64,000 nucleotides of DNA. Origin: Oscillospiraceae bacterium. GTDB taxonomy: Bacteria > Bacillota > Clostridia > Oscillospirales > JAVBNY01. The notes beneath the pieces were generated by a model. The model searched no databases. It saw only the letters and a list, made by a program, of their open reading frames with translations, and had not been told where the DNA came from. Below, in pieces: positions 41,043-51,069 of the stretch. Location of the stretch: positions 6,113-70,112 of the forward strand of contig JAVBNY010000010.1 in NCBI GenBank assembly GCA_031551205.1, read 5' to 3'. Position numbers and translations under genes: made by a program. Each line of letters opens with the position of its first letter. Within the stretch, counting starts at the first letter, position 1.

Positions 41043-42122
41043 ATGATCAATTTAAGTCTCTGTATGATTGTGAAGAACGAAGAAGCCGTGCTGGAAAGGT
41101 GTCTTGAGAGCGTCCACGGGATAGCCGATGAGATAATAATCGCGGATACCGGGTCAACGGATAATACGGTCTCCATTGCGAAAAAATTTACAGACCATGT
41201 CTATTCGTTTGAGTGGACAGACGACTTCTCCGCAGCCCGCAATTTTTCCTATTCCAAGGCCACCAAGGAATATATAATGTGGCTTGACGCCGACGACGTG
41301 ATTGACGAAAAAAACAGGCAGCTTTTAATCACGCTCAAGGAAACGCTGCCGTCCGAAACAGACGTCGTAATGCTGCCCTACAACACGGCTTTCGACGCTT
41401 CAGGGAACCCGACCTTCAGCTGTTTTCGCGAGAGAATAACGCGCCGGTCTCCAAGCTTCCTGTGGCGGGAGCCGGTGCACGAGCATTTGCCGATCTCCGG
41501 CGCAGTCGAGCAGCGCGACGCGGCCGTCTCCCATATGCCCGGGGTCCGCGCGCCCGGTCATTCCGACCGCAACCTACGCATATACCGCAGCCGGGTTTCG
41601 AAGGGGGAGCCACTGTCGACCCGCGGAATGTATTACTTCGCGCGCGAGCTCAAAGCACACGGTTTGCTGGATGAGGCGGCAGCTCAGTATGAGCTTGTAC
41701 TGCGTCAAAATGATATTTGGAAAGAAGACGCGCTCACCGCCTCCGCCGACCTGGCCGACTGTTACATCGCAAAAGAAACCCCGGAAAAAGCCCTAAGGCG
41801 CCTTTTTGAGAGCTTTGCTTACGATTTGCCCAGGGCGGAGATTCTTTGCAGAATAGGGCTGATATATGCTCAAAAAGATGACTCTCAAAAAGCTGTTTAC
41901 TGGTATGAGCTTGCGCTTAACGCTCCAAGGCCCAATGTTTGGGGATTTATTTCTCAAGATTACTGGGAATACATACCGCATATGCAGCTCTGCATGTTAT
42001 ACGACCGCAGCGGAAACCACGAAAAGGCTCTTTCCCATCACAAAGCCGCGAAAGCGATCAAACCTGAAGGCGCCGAAGTCAGGCATAATGAGGAGTACTT
42101 CAACAAGTGCGGCGCCGTATAA
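41043..42122 (+). CDS. GT2 glycosyltransferase with TPR repeats
   Basis: SLCMIVKNEE, DTGSTD, DDFSAARN, WLDADD. Confidence 0.9.
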   Translation: MINLSLCMIVKNEEAVLERCLESVHGIADEIIIADTGSTDNTVSIAKKFTDHVYSFEWTDDFSAARNFSYSKATKEYIMWLDADDVIDEKNRQLLITLKETLPSETDVVMLPYNTAFDASGNPTFSCFRERITRRSPSFLWREPVHEHLPISGAVEQRDAAVSHMPGVRAPGHSDRNLRIYRSRVSKGEPLSTRGMYYFARELKAHGLLDEAAAQYELVLRQNDIWKEDALTASADLADCYIAKETPEKALRRLFESFAYDLPRAEILCRIGLIYAQKDDSQKAVYWYELALNAPRPNVWGFISQDYWEYIPHMQLCMLYDRSGNHEKALSHHKAAKAIKPEGAEVRHNEEYFNKCGAV

Positions 42123-42309
42123 TCTGCCGTTCTTCCCGCCCGCGCATCTGCGCGGATTGTCTCCAATAACGCCATTTCGCGGCAAAAATTAAGGGGTTGC
42201 CTCCTGCTGTTCACAGGCGGCGACCCCTTTCGATCGCTTAAATGTATTTTGACAGTATTTACTAATAGATAGATTAGGCGTATAATGGTAGCAGAGAGGG
42301 GCTGTTACC

Positions 42310-42745
42310 ATGGCAGAATGTAAGAACTGCATCGGAGAAAGTAGTCAGAAACGGAATTGTTCGCGAGAAACAACGTTATCGCTGTAAGGAATGCGGATAT
42401 AACTTCGTTGAAGGCGATGGACGTACAAACGAGAAGATAGCCGCAAAGAAAGCTATGTGCGTTATTTTTTACTCGCTCGGCAAAGCTTCCTACAATATGC
42501 TCGCTCATATTTTTGACACGTGGCCCTCGCTTGTCTATCGGTGGATAAAAGAGGCGGGGGCGAAGCTCCCCGACCAAGAGATATCGGGCGAAATAACTCA
42601 AATGGAATTTGACGAGATGTGGCATTTCATTGGGAATAAAAAAACAAGCTTTGGGTCATCAACGCCGTTGACCGTGGCACACGGCGAACTGTGGCCTGGG
42701 TGCTCGGCGGTCGTGATACTGCAACCTTTAGGCGACTCTACTCAG
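42310..42745 (+). pseudogene. IS1-family transposase relic
   Basis: Zn finger (CKNC..QRYRCKECG, frameshifted), HTH, DEMWHF, A7 slippery site, then KLWVINAVDR..VLGGRD; truncated. Confidence 0.8.
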
Positions 42746-42809
42746 ACCGCTGCTCTATCTATCTTTAAGTGATAACTCTCTGTATTTTATCGAACCTTTT
42801 CGCGGCCGT

Positions 42810-43889
42810 TTATTGGCCCCCGGGATACGAGATCGGATATTTGTCAACAATACGCTGTATCTCCTCGTTCGTCTTTGCGAAGCGGCTCCATCTTTTCCAA
42901 AGAGGCTCGCCCTTGGCCACGAAATAGGCAAGCTCATAGCCGTTGTCGGTTTTAAGAAGGCTGTAATCACCGGGGTTTCGCGCTCTGTCAAAAATCCAGG
43001 ATTCCACCTCGTCAAATGACTCAATTTTATAGTTCTTGGGTGACAAATCGGTGAACAACCCGCCGCTTTCAATGTCCTGTTTATCGGTGGAGTATGTCTT
43101 GACCAGGTCAATAAATGAACTCTCCGACTTGTCGCCTCTCTCAAATTTTTGCATTACATCCTGGGCGGTCTGCCCGCTTGTAAAGTTAATCAGCCGAAGG
43201 GAAGCCGTGGTGCAGTCCGGAATGATGACCTCATTTTTATGCTGCTCATAGAACGCCTTGAGCTCCTCATCTGAATAGACCGTGCCGCTTTGCAGCTGTT
43301 TTTCGTAAGCTGTGCTGATAAATCCCCGTTCCAGGATATTATTGACCTGTTCGTGCGACATCTTAATCCCGTATTTTTTCAGGTACACCTCTTCTTCGGT
43401 GGCGCCCTCCTGCTTTATATAAGCGTCAAGGCTTGAGAAAAAGGAATTGATACTCTCTTTTTCCCACTCTCCCATCACATAACCGTTGGCCTTCGCCTCA
43501 AGGTATACGGCTATGGAATGGTGCAGGTCCTCTATCGCGCCCTGCTTGAAAATCTCCTCCATTGTAACGTCCGAGTCGGGATAATGCTGCTCGGACAGCG
43601 GCAATTTGGGGTCAAACCCGCTGGCCTTGCCCTCTTCGCTCTCGCTGTATGAGTTAATCTGCGAGACGACGTGAAAGTTAAATTCAGAGTTATAGACAGG
43701 CTCGTTGCCGATGGAAAAAGCTACAGAGTCCTCCTCAGAGGTCTTCACGTCGGCCCGCGTGCCGGAATCCTGCACAAAAGGAGCGGCGCTCCCGTCCGGT
43801 TTTGGAGAGGCTTGCTCCGGCAGTTTGCCGCAGGCGCTCAGCGCCAGTGAAAAGCATACGAGCAAAAAAAACAACCAGTATTTCTTCAT
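42810..43889 (-). CDS. PrsA/parvulin-like foldase lipoprotein
   Basis: LSAC lipobox; FIDLVKTYSTD..GG..WIFD..GD rotamase-like motif. Confidence 0.7.
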   Translation of the reverse strand: MKKYWLFFLLVCFSLALSACGKLPEQASPKPDGSAAPFVQDSGTRADVKTSEEDSVAFSIGNEPVYNSEFNFHVVSQINSYSESEEGKASGFDPKLPLSEQHYPDSDVTMEEIFKQGAIEDLHHSIAVYLEAKANGYVMGEWEKESINSFFSSLDAYIKQEGATEEEVYLKKYGIKMSHEQVNNILERGFISTAYEKQLQSGTVYSDEELKAFYEQHKNEVIIPDCTTASLRLINFTSGQTAQDVMQKFERGDKSESSFIDLVKTYSTDKQDIESGGLFTDLSPKNYKIESFDEVESWIFDRARNPGDYSLLKTDNGYELAYFVAKGEPLWKRWSRFAKTNEEIQRIVDKYPISYPGGQ

Positions 43890-44043
43890 AAAACAGTCCC
43901 TCGTTTTTATTTAAGCCTGCGGATACGGCAGGTTTTTCCACGCTCAGACGGCTGCACAGGCAGCGTAATTATAGCATACGTCTTTTTGTTAGACAACTCA
44001 AAATTCCGAAAAAAATATTTTATAAAATTTTTTTCGGAAGCTA

Positions 44044-44072
44044 TTGTATTGTGAATTTTGCAGTGCTATAAT
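44044..44072 (+). promoter_or_regulatory. Sigma-A promoter ~450 nt upstream of GH3
   Basis: TTGTAT-17-TATAAT with extended TG. Confidence 0.5.
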
Positions 44073-44521
44073 ACCTACTATCGTAAAATTTGTGTTGAAT
44101 AACTTACATATAATAACCCCTATTTTTGGGTATATTCGCTGCAATGAGTAAAGTGAGCGTATTTTTCGCCTCTATGGATCCCCCCTCGGTTTCTCAGGCG
44201 CGATGCTTTGGCGCGGCGTGACCCGGCGCCGCCTTTATCCCGCCTTGGTTGATTTCTTTTGCTGTTTCCGCCGGTATGCGGCCGCCCGGTGTCCTTTGGT
44301 TTTGCGGCCTTGTTTTTTTGCGCCCGGATTCGGCAAAAGTGTCATAAAATGGTGCCCATTCATCTTTTGTATCGGCGTAAATTCATCTAAAATGGGAGGT
44401 AGAGATTTTAGCTCATATGTTTTTCAAACTTCGCCGCTCTAAAAAAATTTGGAGTGACCCCTTCACGGTTTTTACGCGAAACGTAACGACAGATAAAAAA
44501 GTAGATTAAGGATGATGTAAA

Positions 44522-47500
44522 ATGAAAAAAATGCTATCGTTTGCAGTCGTACTCACGCTCCTTCTGGCCATGCTTCAGAACGTAGCCTTTGCAGGAACCG
44601 TTACGCCGGGCCCCACGCAGTACGACCCCGACCTGTGGGCAAGAAACGTCTCCATCTCCCGCGACAATGCCGCTGAAGGCATGGTTCTTATGGAAAACAA
44701 TGGCGTCCTGCCCCTCAAGGCCGGCACAAACGTGGCTGTCTTTGGCATCTGCGCCGAGAACACGATCAAGGGCGGCGGCGGCTCCGGTGACGTTAACACC
44801 GTCGATGCCGACCTTAAGAAGATCACCCCAGGACTGATCGACGCCGGCCTGAACGTCGACTCAACCGTTGCCGACTGGTACAAAACGTCTGCGGTTAAGT
44901 ATACTACCGGAACAACCCTGAGGCAGACCGACGTTGCCATTGAAGAAGGCATGGTTGAGGCCGCCGCCGCGCGCAACAACATCGCCATCTACGTTCTTGG
45001 GCGCACCTCCTCCGAGGGCGGCGACAGGACGATCGACGGCAGCAATCCTTATAACCTCACGGCGATTGAGGTTGCAAACCTCAACCGCGTCTTTGCCTCC
45101 TTTGACAAAGTGGTCGTCATCCTCAACGAGGGCGCCGTGTCCGACGTGGGCTGGATCGATACATATAAGCCCGACGCTCTGCTGTTTGCGGGTCTGGGCG
45201 GACATGCCGGCGGCAGCGCGGTCGGCGATATCGTGACCGGCATCAAAAACCCGTCCGGCAAGTTTGCCGACTCCTGGCCCTACAGCGTAAACGACTGCCC
45301 CGCCAGGAACAACTTCTCCTCGGCCGGTTCCACCGCTCAGGCTTTCTACACAGGCGTTATTTCGTCCAACGGCCTCAGCTCCACTTGGACGGCTTATCCC
45401 GGCGTGTGCTACACCGAGGATATATATGTCGGATACCGTTATTACGAGACTTTTAATATACCCGTAAAGTACGAGTTCGGCTACGGCCTCTCCTACACCA
45501 CATTCGCGATTTCCAACGTGTCTGCCAGTGTTGTGGGCGATAACCTTGTCGCCACCGCCACCGTGACCAACACCGGCGCTTACGCGGGCAAAGAGGTCGT
45601 GCAGGTCTACATGCACGCTCCTGACGGAACGCTTGAGAAGCCTTCCAAAGAGCTCAAGGGCTATGCCAAGACAGACGATCTGCAGCCCGGACAGAGCCAG
45701 ACCGTCACCATCACAACCCCGGTCAAATGGCTCACCTCTTACAGCGAGAAGCTGGAGGCATGGATTCTCGACGCCGGCAAGTATGACTTCTACGTCGGCA
45801 CATCGGTCAAGCAGGTTTCACTGGCCGGATCCTGGACACTGCCTGAGCTCCGCATTGTTGAGCAGGTCAAGAACAGAATCCAGCCTCAGAACGGCAGAGA
45901 GAAGCTGAGCTTCCCCGTGCTCTCGAAGTTTGATAACGACGAAACAAGAGCCGTGAAGCTTGCAAAGTTCGTATTCCCGACAGCGGTTAATCCCGGCACA
46001 AGCCGCCTGCCGCACTTCCCCGGCGAGAAATCTTTCGTCAGCGACGCAGCCGCCTTCCCGGAAGATTGGGGCACCTCTTTCAGCAATACAACCGAAAAAC
46101 TCGCTCAGAACCAGGCAGACTATAAGACGCGCACTGTCGTCGGCGACGAGCCGTTTAAACTTATCGACGTATACAACGGCAAGATTTCAATGCAGAACTT
46201 CATTAAGCAGTTCTCCGCTGAAGATCTCTGTGCCCTCTCCCGCGGCGGCGGCACAGCCAACCTCCTGCCCGGCGCGGCCGCTCACACGTATGACATCCCG
46301 TACTTCGGCGTTCCCCAGACCTCCGAGCCGGACGGACCTGCCGGCCTGAGAATCACCCTTAACGCCACGGGCGGCGTGACCCAGAAATCCACAATGTTCC
46401 CGCAGGGGACCCTTAACGCCCAGACCTGGAACACCGACCTCGTGTATGACGCCGGCCTGGCAGTCGGCTCCGAGATGGCCCACTTCGGCGCATCCTTCTG
46501 GCTGGCCCCCGGCATGAATATCCACCGCGATCCGCTGAACGGCCGTAACTTCGAGTACTATTCCGAGGATCCGTTCCTGTCCGGAACCATTGCGGCCGCT
46601 ATGACCAGGGGCGTTCAGTCTCTCGGCGGCGTGGCCGTTACGCTGAAACACTTCTTCGCCAACAACCAGGAATACAGCCGCACCAGCGTTGACACGCTGA
46701 TGACCGAGCGCGCGGCCCGCGAGATCTATCTCAGGAACTTCGAGTATGCTGTCAAGGAAGGTAACCCGAGGGCTATCATGACAAGCTACAACCACGTAAA
46801 CGGCGAGCATCCCAACCAGAATCCCGAGCTGATTAACGGCATGGTTCGCGGCGAGTGGGGCTTCAACGGCATCTTCATGTATGACTGGGGCGCATACGGC
46901 GACGGTTATCTTGATCAGCCGTCCGGTATCAACTGGATCATGGGCAGCGCCACAGGCGGCCGTCTCATCCAGGTTCAAAATTCCTGCTACTACCAGCGTC
47001 CGGTCGCTGAGCAGCGCACCGCGGAAATCTTGAACGAGATCATGCACCTCAGAGCCTTCACAGAGCTTAACAACCTGCCGGTGTATCACTATTCTGTCGG
47101 CGATCTCACGCAGACAGTTGTTAAGCAGGCTCCTTTCAGCATCCTTTCATCCTCTGTCAGCAAGATCGTGGCCGGTTACGCCGCCCATATCCCCGCAACG
47201 CTCAACGCCGCGGGCACCGTAGCGCTCAGCCTGTGCGACAACAGCGGCGCCGCGATCATGACAAAGACCGTTGCAAGTGGCAGCTACATGTTCGATCTTG
47301 CCAAGGCCGTTGCCGGCACTTACACAATTAAGGCTGTAAGCGGCGGGAATCTTGTGGCTCAGATCTCCATTGAGTGCGTTGCGCCCGTCGATCTGTGGGC
47401 TCCTACGCTTGACACAGGCTCCGACGAGACCACAGTAACCTTCGTATCAGCCGTCACCTTCAACCCCGCGAAGAAAGCCGTCACAATAAACGGAGTAGCC

Positions 47501-47647
47501 GTTGATAACAGCAAAGTATCGGTCTCCGGCAATGTTATCACAATTGAGCAGTTTGCCCCGGCGGGAGAATCGACCGTTGTTGTCTCCGGTGTGAAGTACG
47601 CCGACCTCTTCCCGAGCTACACGTTCTCCTTCACAGTCAGGAGCTAA
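44522..47647 (+). CDS. Secreted GH3 beta-glycosidase (C-domain, Fn3, N-domain order) with unrecognised CTD
   Basis: EGMVLMEN, EDIYVGYRYY, DGPAGLR, GRNFEYYSEDP, LKHF, MYDW. Confidence 0.9.
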   Translation: MKKMLSFAVVLTLLLAMLQNVAFAGTVTPGPTQYDPDLWARNVSISRDNAAEGMVLMENNGVLPLKAGTNVAVFGICAENTIKGGGGSGDVNTVDADLKKITPGLIDAGLNVDSTVADWYKTSAVKYTTGTTLRQTDVAIEEGMVEAAAARNNIAIYVLGRTSSEGGDRTIDGSNPYNLTAIEVANLNRVFASFDKVVVILNEGAVSDVGWIDTYKPDALLFAGLGGHAGGSAVGDIVTGIKNPSGKFADSWPYSVNDCPARNNFSSAGSTAQAFYTGVISSNGLSSTWTAYPGVCYTEDIYVGYRYYETFNIPVKYEFGYGLSYTTFAISNVSASVVGDNLVATATVTNTGAYAGKEVVQVYMHAPDGTLEKPSKELKGYAKTDDLQPGQSQTVTITTPVKWLTSYSEKLEAWILDAGKYDFYVGTSVKQVSLAGSWTLPELRIVEQVKNRIQPQNGREKLSFPVLSKFDNDETRAVKLAKFVFPTAVNPGTSRLPHFPGEKSFVSDAAAFPEDWGTSFSNTTEKLAQNQADYKTRTVVGDEPFKLIDVYNGKISMQNFIKQFSAEDLCALSRGGGTANLLPGAAAHTYDIPYFGVPQTSEPDGPAGLRITLNATGGVTQKSTMFPQGTLNAQTWNTDLVYDAGLAVGSEMAHFGASFWLAPGMNIHRDPLNGRNFEYYSEDPFLSGTIAAAMTRGVQSLGGVAVTLKHFFANNQEYSRTSVDTLMTERAAREIYLRNFEYAVKEGNPRAIMTSYNHVNGEHPNQNPELINGMVRGEWGFNGIFMYDWGAYGDGYLDQPSGINWIMGSATGGRLIQVQNSCYYQRPVAEQRTAEILNEIMHLRAFTELNNLPVYHYSVGDLTQTVVKQAPFSILSSSVSKIVAGYAAHIPATLNAAGTVALSLCDNSGAAIMTKTVASGSYMFDLAKAVAGTYTIKAVSGGNLVAQISIECVAPVDLWAPTLDTGSDETTVTFVSAVTFNPAKKAVTINGVAVDNSKVSVSGNVITIEQFAPAGESTVVVSGVKYADLFPSYTFSFTVRS

Positions 47648-47837
47648 GCATATCACCGAGCACCGCTTATTCGGAATGAATTTTCAATAAATCGTTCCGC
47701 GGCGGGGGATACGCACTTTATTCCCCGAACGCGGACAAGCAATGAAATCGCTGTGTCTTTGTCATTTGCCTTTTACCCGCAGCATTTTATGCGCTATGTT
47801 CGAAATTGATGGCTGTGTTGTTATAAATTGCTGAAAG

Positions 47838-47868
47838 TGAAGGCCGCCCGTATATCGGGCGGCCTTCA
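47838..47868. terminator. Terminator hairpin
   Basis: TGAAGGCCGCCCG-TATAT-CGGGCGGCCTTCA. Confidence 0.7.
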
Positions 47869-47872
47869 TTAG

Positions 47873-48031
47873 GGCTTGTTGACACTATCGCTTAACGCCC
47901 ATATTTTGGCGCATTTTGCGCCATACTACGTAAAAATTTCTTGCCATAAATCAATTATGCCTGCAAAATTTTACCTTGCCTGACACAAAATACGCTCGAA
48001 ATCAAAGCATTTCCAATAGTGTCAACAAGCC
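47873..48031. mobile_element. MITE-like element (~160 bp) with 16-bp terminal inverted repeats
   Basis: GGCTTGTTGACACTAT...ATAGTGTCAACAAGCC; a related copy lies at 11807. Confidence 0.7.
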
Positions 48032-48071
48032 TTCGTTTTATAAGAGCATGACACAGGATTGATCCCGGGAT

Positions 48072-48536
48072 TCACCTTCCAAAAAGGCTGCCGCTTTTTT
48101 TAACCGGCACGCCCAGCGTCTTAAGCTCACCTATCAGTGTGTCGAGCCCCTCAAGCGCGTCGCTTAAAAGGATATAGCGCTCGTCGAGCACGACATAGGC
48201 CTGCGAAGCGGGTCCCTTGTATACGACATGCCGGATGTCTTTAATCTCGGCCGAGATCTCCCTGCCGGATGAAAAAACCGTGAGCGCGCCGCCGCGCAGC
48301 ACAACGCGCATGGAAAGAAGCTCTTTTTCCTTTAATTTGTAAGAGAACAGCCAGCCAATAAGGATCAGCCCGAGCACGAGCGCGAAAAGGAGGAAAAGAG
48401 AAGGGTTAATCCCGCCTAAAAAGAAGAACGACAAGCCAAACGCGGCCCCAAAAACAAGGGCCGCGATAATAAGCATAACCGCGAGTATCCTGAGGTTCCT
48501 GCCCGAAAGCCTCCTGGCCGAGACAAAAAACTCCAT
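48072..48536 (-). CDS. Hypothetical membrane protein
   Basis: Two TM helices followed by a soluble domain. Confidence 0.6.
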   Translation of the reverse strand: MEFFVSARRLSGRNLRILAVMLIIAALVFGAAFGLSFFFLGGINPSLFLLFALVLGLILIGWLFSYKLKEKELLSMRVVLRGGALTVFSSGREISAEIKDIRHVVYKGPASQAYVVLDERYILLSDALEGLDTLIGELKTLGVPVKKSGSLFGR

Positions 48537-48537
48537 G

Positions 48538-49200
48538 CTATATCCTGTGCGTAGGAATAACGCCGATAACCTCCGTGTTCTCGAGGGCGGCAATATCCGC
48601 AATCCCGCGAACCCTTGTGTTAAAGAGCTCAAACAACAAGATCATTCCGACAGCGAGCACCGCGCCGATAACCCCGATAAGGATCTGCAGCATACGCTGA
48701 TCGGCGGCGCTGGACGAGCGCTTGTAAGAGGTTGTGGCCTCGTCGAGTATACCGAAGCCGCTCAGTGACGTAACAGAGCGCAGCTCCTGAATAAACGCGT
48801 TCGCCACAGCGTTCGCCACAGGAACGACTTCCCGGTCGTTAGACGAGGTGGCCTCAATCGTCATGATCGCCGAATCAGAAGAATACGTCGTCGTAATCAT
48901 GCGCTGTATACTCTCGGGTGTAATGCCGAGTTCAGATACGTTCTGCGCCGCCCTGGCGGCAATCTTGCGGCTTCCGATGATCTCCTTATAGTCCCTGAAG
49001 GCCTGACGCCCCTGGATTACCTCAGCGTAGGTGAGGTTCGCCGTGCTCAGCAACGTGACCCTGGCCGAATAGGATTCGGACACCGGCTTGTACGTCAGCA
49101 CAAACGAAAACGCAAAAAAGATGACTGCCATAAAAGCGACGAACCACAGCTTTTTAATCAAAGTATTGGCGAATCTGCGAAGAAATTTTGATTCAAACAT
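48538..49200 (-). CDS. Wzz/CpsC-like polysaccharide chain-length regulator
   Basis: TM-loop-TM layout, DYKEIIGSRK, C-terminal VIGVIP. Confidence 0.75.
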   Translation of the reverse strand: MFESKFLRRFANTLIKKLWFVAFMAVIFFAFSFVLTYKPVSESYSARVTLLSTANLTYAEVIQGRQAFRDYKEIIGSRKIAARAAQNVSELGITPESIQRMITTTYSSDSAIMTIEATSSNDREVVPVANAVANAFIQELRSVTSLSGFGILDEATTSYKRSSSAADQRMLQILIGVIGAVLAVGMILLFELFNTRVRGIADIAALENTEVIGVIPTHRI

Positions 49201-49343
49201 CAACATCGGCCTCCAAATCGAAGACTATTGCTATAATTATAGCATCTCCGTCAGTTTTTCGCAACAATAATATTTTTTGCGACGATAAAGGGCGGATTTC
49301 CCCGCCTTTTTATCAGATAATGCCTGGCATTGGGCCCGCGCGC

Positions 49344-49523
49344 AAAAAAAAATGCGGCAGCCTCCGCTGTCGCAAAAAGTAGGAAGGGGGGGATTTGGAA
49401 TCCGCAACCGGCCCGCAGGATTTGCAGCGGAAGAGATTGCGGCTGGAAATGAAATGCAATCGGGGGTTAACAGAGGAGCAAATCATAGAATGATTCTAAA
49501 ATTACGATAACACGTTTTTTACT
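49344..49523 (-). ncRNA. Candidate sRNA
   Basis: Promoter TTGACA-17-TAGTAT (49558-49530), internal stem, C-rich segments, terminator GCGACAGC/GCTGCCGC plus U-run. Confidence 0.5.
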
Positions 49524-49886
49524 CAAATAATACTACCCATAGGGATAGACTTTGTCAAAATGGCAGGTATACGGGGTAGTTTTGGGGTGGATTTCGCCTC
49601 CGCGCGCCAATTCCAGACGGGTTTTCGGCTTATTCGTTCAAATTTCGACAGGCTGCCTACAAAATCAGGATATCCCTCTGAAAGTTTCAATATTCGGGAA
49701 AAATTAGCAATATTATTTACATTTGTTAAATTATTGTGAATTGTAACCTTTTTGAGTTGAATTGCGCCCCGCCGGATGTTAAAATAATAATATCCAAAGA
49801 CGCATACGGAGGGGCGCTGCTGCGCGGCAGTCCGCCGATCTGATAGACCCTTAAAGAGACTGAAATTGAAAAGGAGGATCCCTGAA

Positions 49887-50309
49887 ATGGTTAAGCTTAT
49901 CATGGGACTCAAGGGCACCGGGAAGACCAAGCAGATGATTGATCTTGTCAACGACGCTGTCGGCAAGGAGAGCGGGTCCGTAATCTGCATCGAGCGCGGC
50001 AAAAAGCTGACATATGACATTAACTATAAAGTACGGCTTGTCGATTCTTCGCATTACAGCGTAGACAGCTATATGATGCTCAAGGGCTTCATCTGCGGGC
50101 TCTACGCCGGCAACTTTGACATATCGCATATTTTTATCGACAGTATCTACAAGGTGGCCAACAACACATCCTTGGACGAGGTTGCCCCGTTCCTGGAATG
50201 GCTTGAAGCCTTTTCGAAGGAAAACGAGGTCAAGTTTACGATCACCGTGTCGGACGACATTACATGCGCGACGGAAGAGCTTAAGCGGTTTTTTGTAAAC
50301 GCATCATAA
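49887..50309 (+). CDS. Conserved small P-loop protein
   Basis: GLKGTGKT, GFICGLYAGNFDISHIFIDS. Confidence 0.8.
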   Translation: MVKLIMGLKGTGKTKQMIDLVNDAVGKESGSVICIERGKKLTYDINYKVRLVDSSHYSVDSYMMLKGFICGLYAGNFDISHIFIDSIYKVANNTSLDEVAPFLEWLEAFSKENEVKFTITVSDDITCATEELKRFFVNAS

Positions 50310-50331
50310 TATATAAGGTAACGGGGGGCGC

Positions 50332-51069
50332 TCAGCGCCCCCCGTTACCTGCCTCAAACTCTGTCAAATGTCCTCTGTACCGCAGGGGCACGAACTTCTG
50401 CTGGAGCTTTTTGTTCTCCCGCTCCCTGATCGCGATCACGGAGAAGTACCTCCTCCAGAGCTCTTCAAACTCGCTGTCCTCAGGCAGCGGCGCGTTCTCC
50501 TCCGGGAGTGTTACAATCCGCCACCCGTTTTCATCAGAAACGACCGCTCTCCCGCGCACAAGGTCGCGTATGATAAACCGCTGACACGAGAATCGCTCAT
50601 GAAAATGCGGCCCGATAAGCGGCAGGATATCGTAGATGGGGCTCAGGTCGGCTACATAGATCCCGCCCGGCGCCTTCTTGAAGCGCACAAACTGTCTGCC
50701 TCTCTCCGCCTCATGGCCGACTTTGCGGAAGGCTGAGGCGACGTTTTTCGGCGCGGCCTCGTAAAGCATCGCAAGCGGGTCGCTGTTTCGGGCAAAGCCG
50801 AGCCTCAGCGTCTCGAGTATATCGCCGTCGATGGCCCGGATGCGCGAGAGCCACGCGAAATACACCCGCCGCTCGAGGTCAAAGCCGAGCCTTGCCATGC
50901 CGCCCGACACACGGTCCGCCCTCACAAGGTCGCAGGCAACCCGGCGCCGTTCAAGAAACGGATCGCCCTCGAGCTCATCCGCGTTCATCAAATACGCTCC
51001 GCTGTGCTTAAAAGCCTCAAAAATGCCCGTGAGGAACCCGTCGAAGCTGTTTTCGTAGATGAGCATCAT
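50332..51069 (-). CDS. DUF4130/TIGR03915 putative DNA repair protein
   Basis: YENSFDGFLTGIF, HFHERF, LWRRYF..IRERENKKLQ..VPLRY. Confidence 0.85.
   Translation of the reverse strand: MMLIYENSFDGFLTGIFEAFKHSGAYLMNADELEGDPFLERRRVACDLVRADRVSGGMARLGFDLERRVYFAWLSRIRAIDGDILETLRLGFARNSDPLAMLYEAAPKNVASAFRKVGHEAERGRQFVRFKKAPGGIYVADLSPIYDILPLIGPHFHERFSCQRFIIRDLVRGRAVVSDENGWRIVTLPEENAPLPEDSEFEELWRRYFSVIAIRERENKKLQQKFVPLRYRGHLTEFEAGNGGR

Noticed and set aside
34960-44460. TTTGGAGTG shared by the GH43 and GH3 upstream regions as a common operator
   Set aside because: Only a 9-mer and absent upstream of GH9; compatible with chance.
49700-49750. Rex-like operator
   Set aside because: Only half-sites in AT-rich DNA; no proper palindrome.
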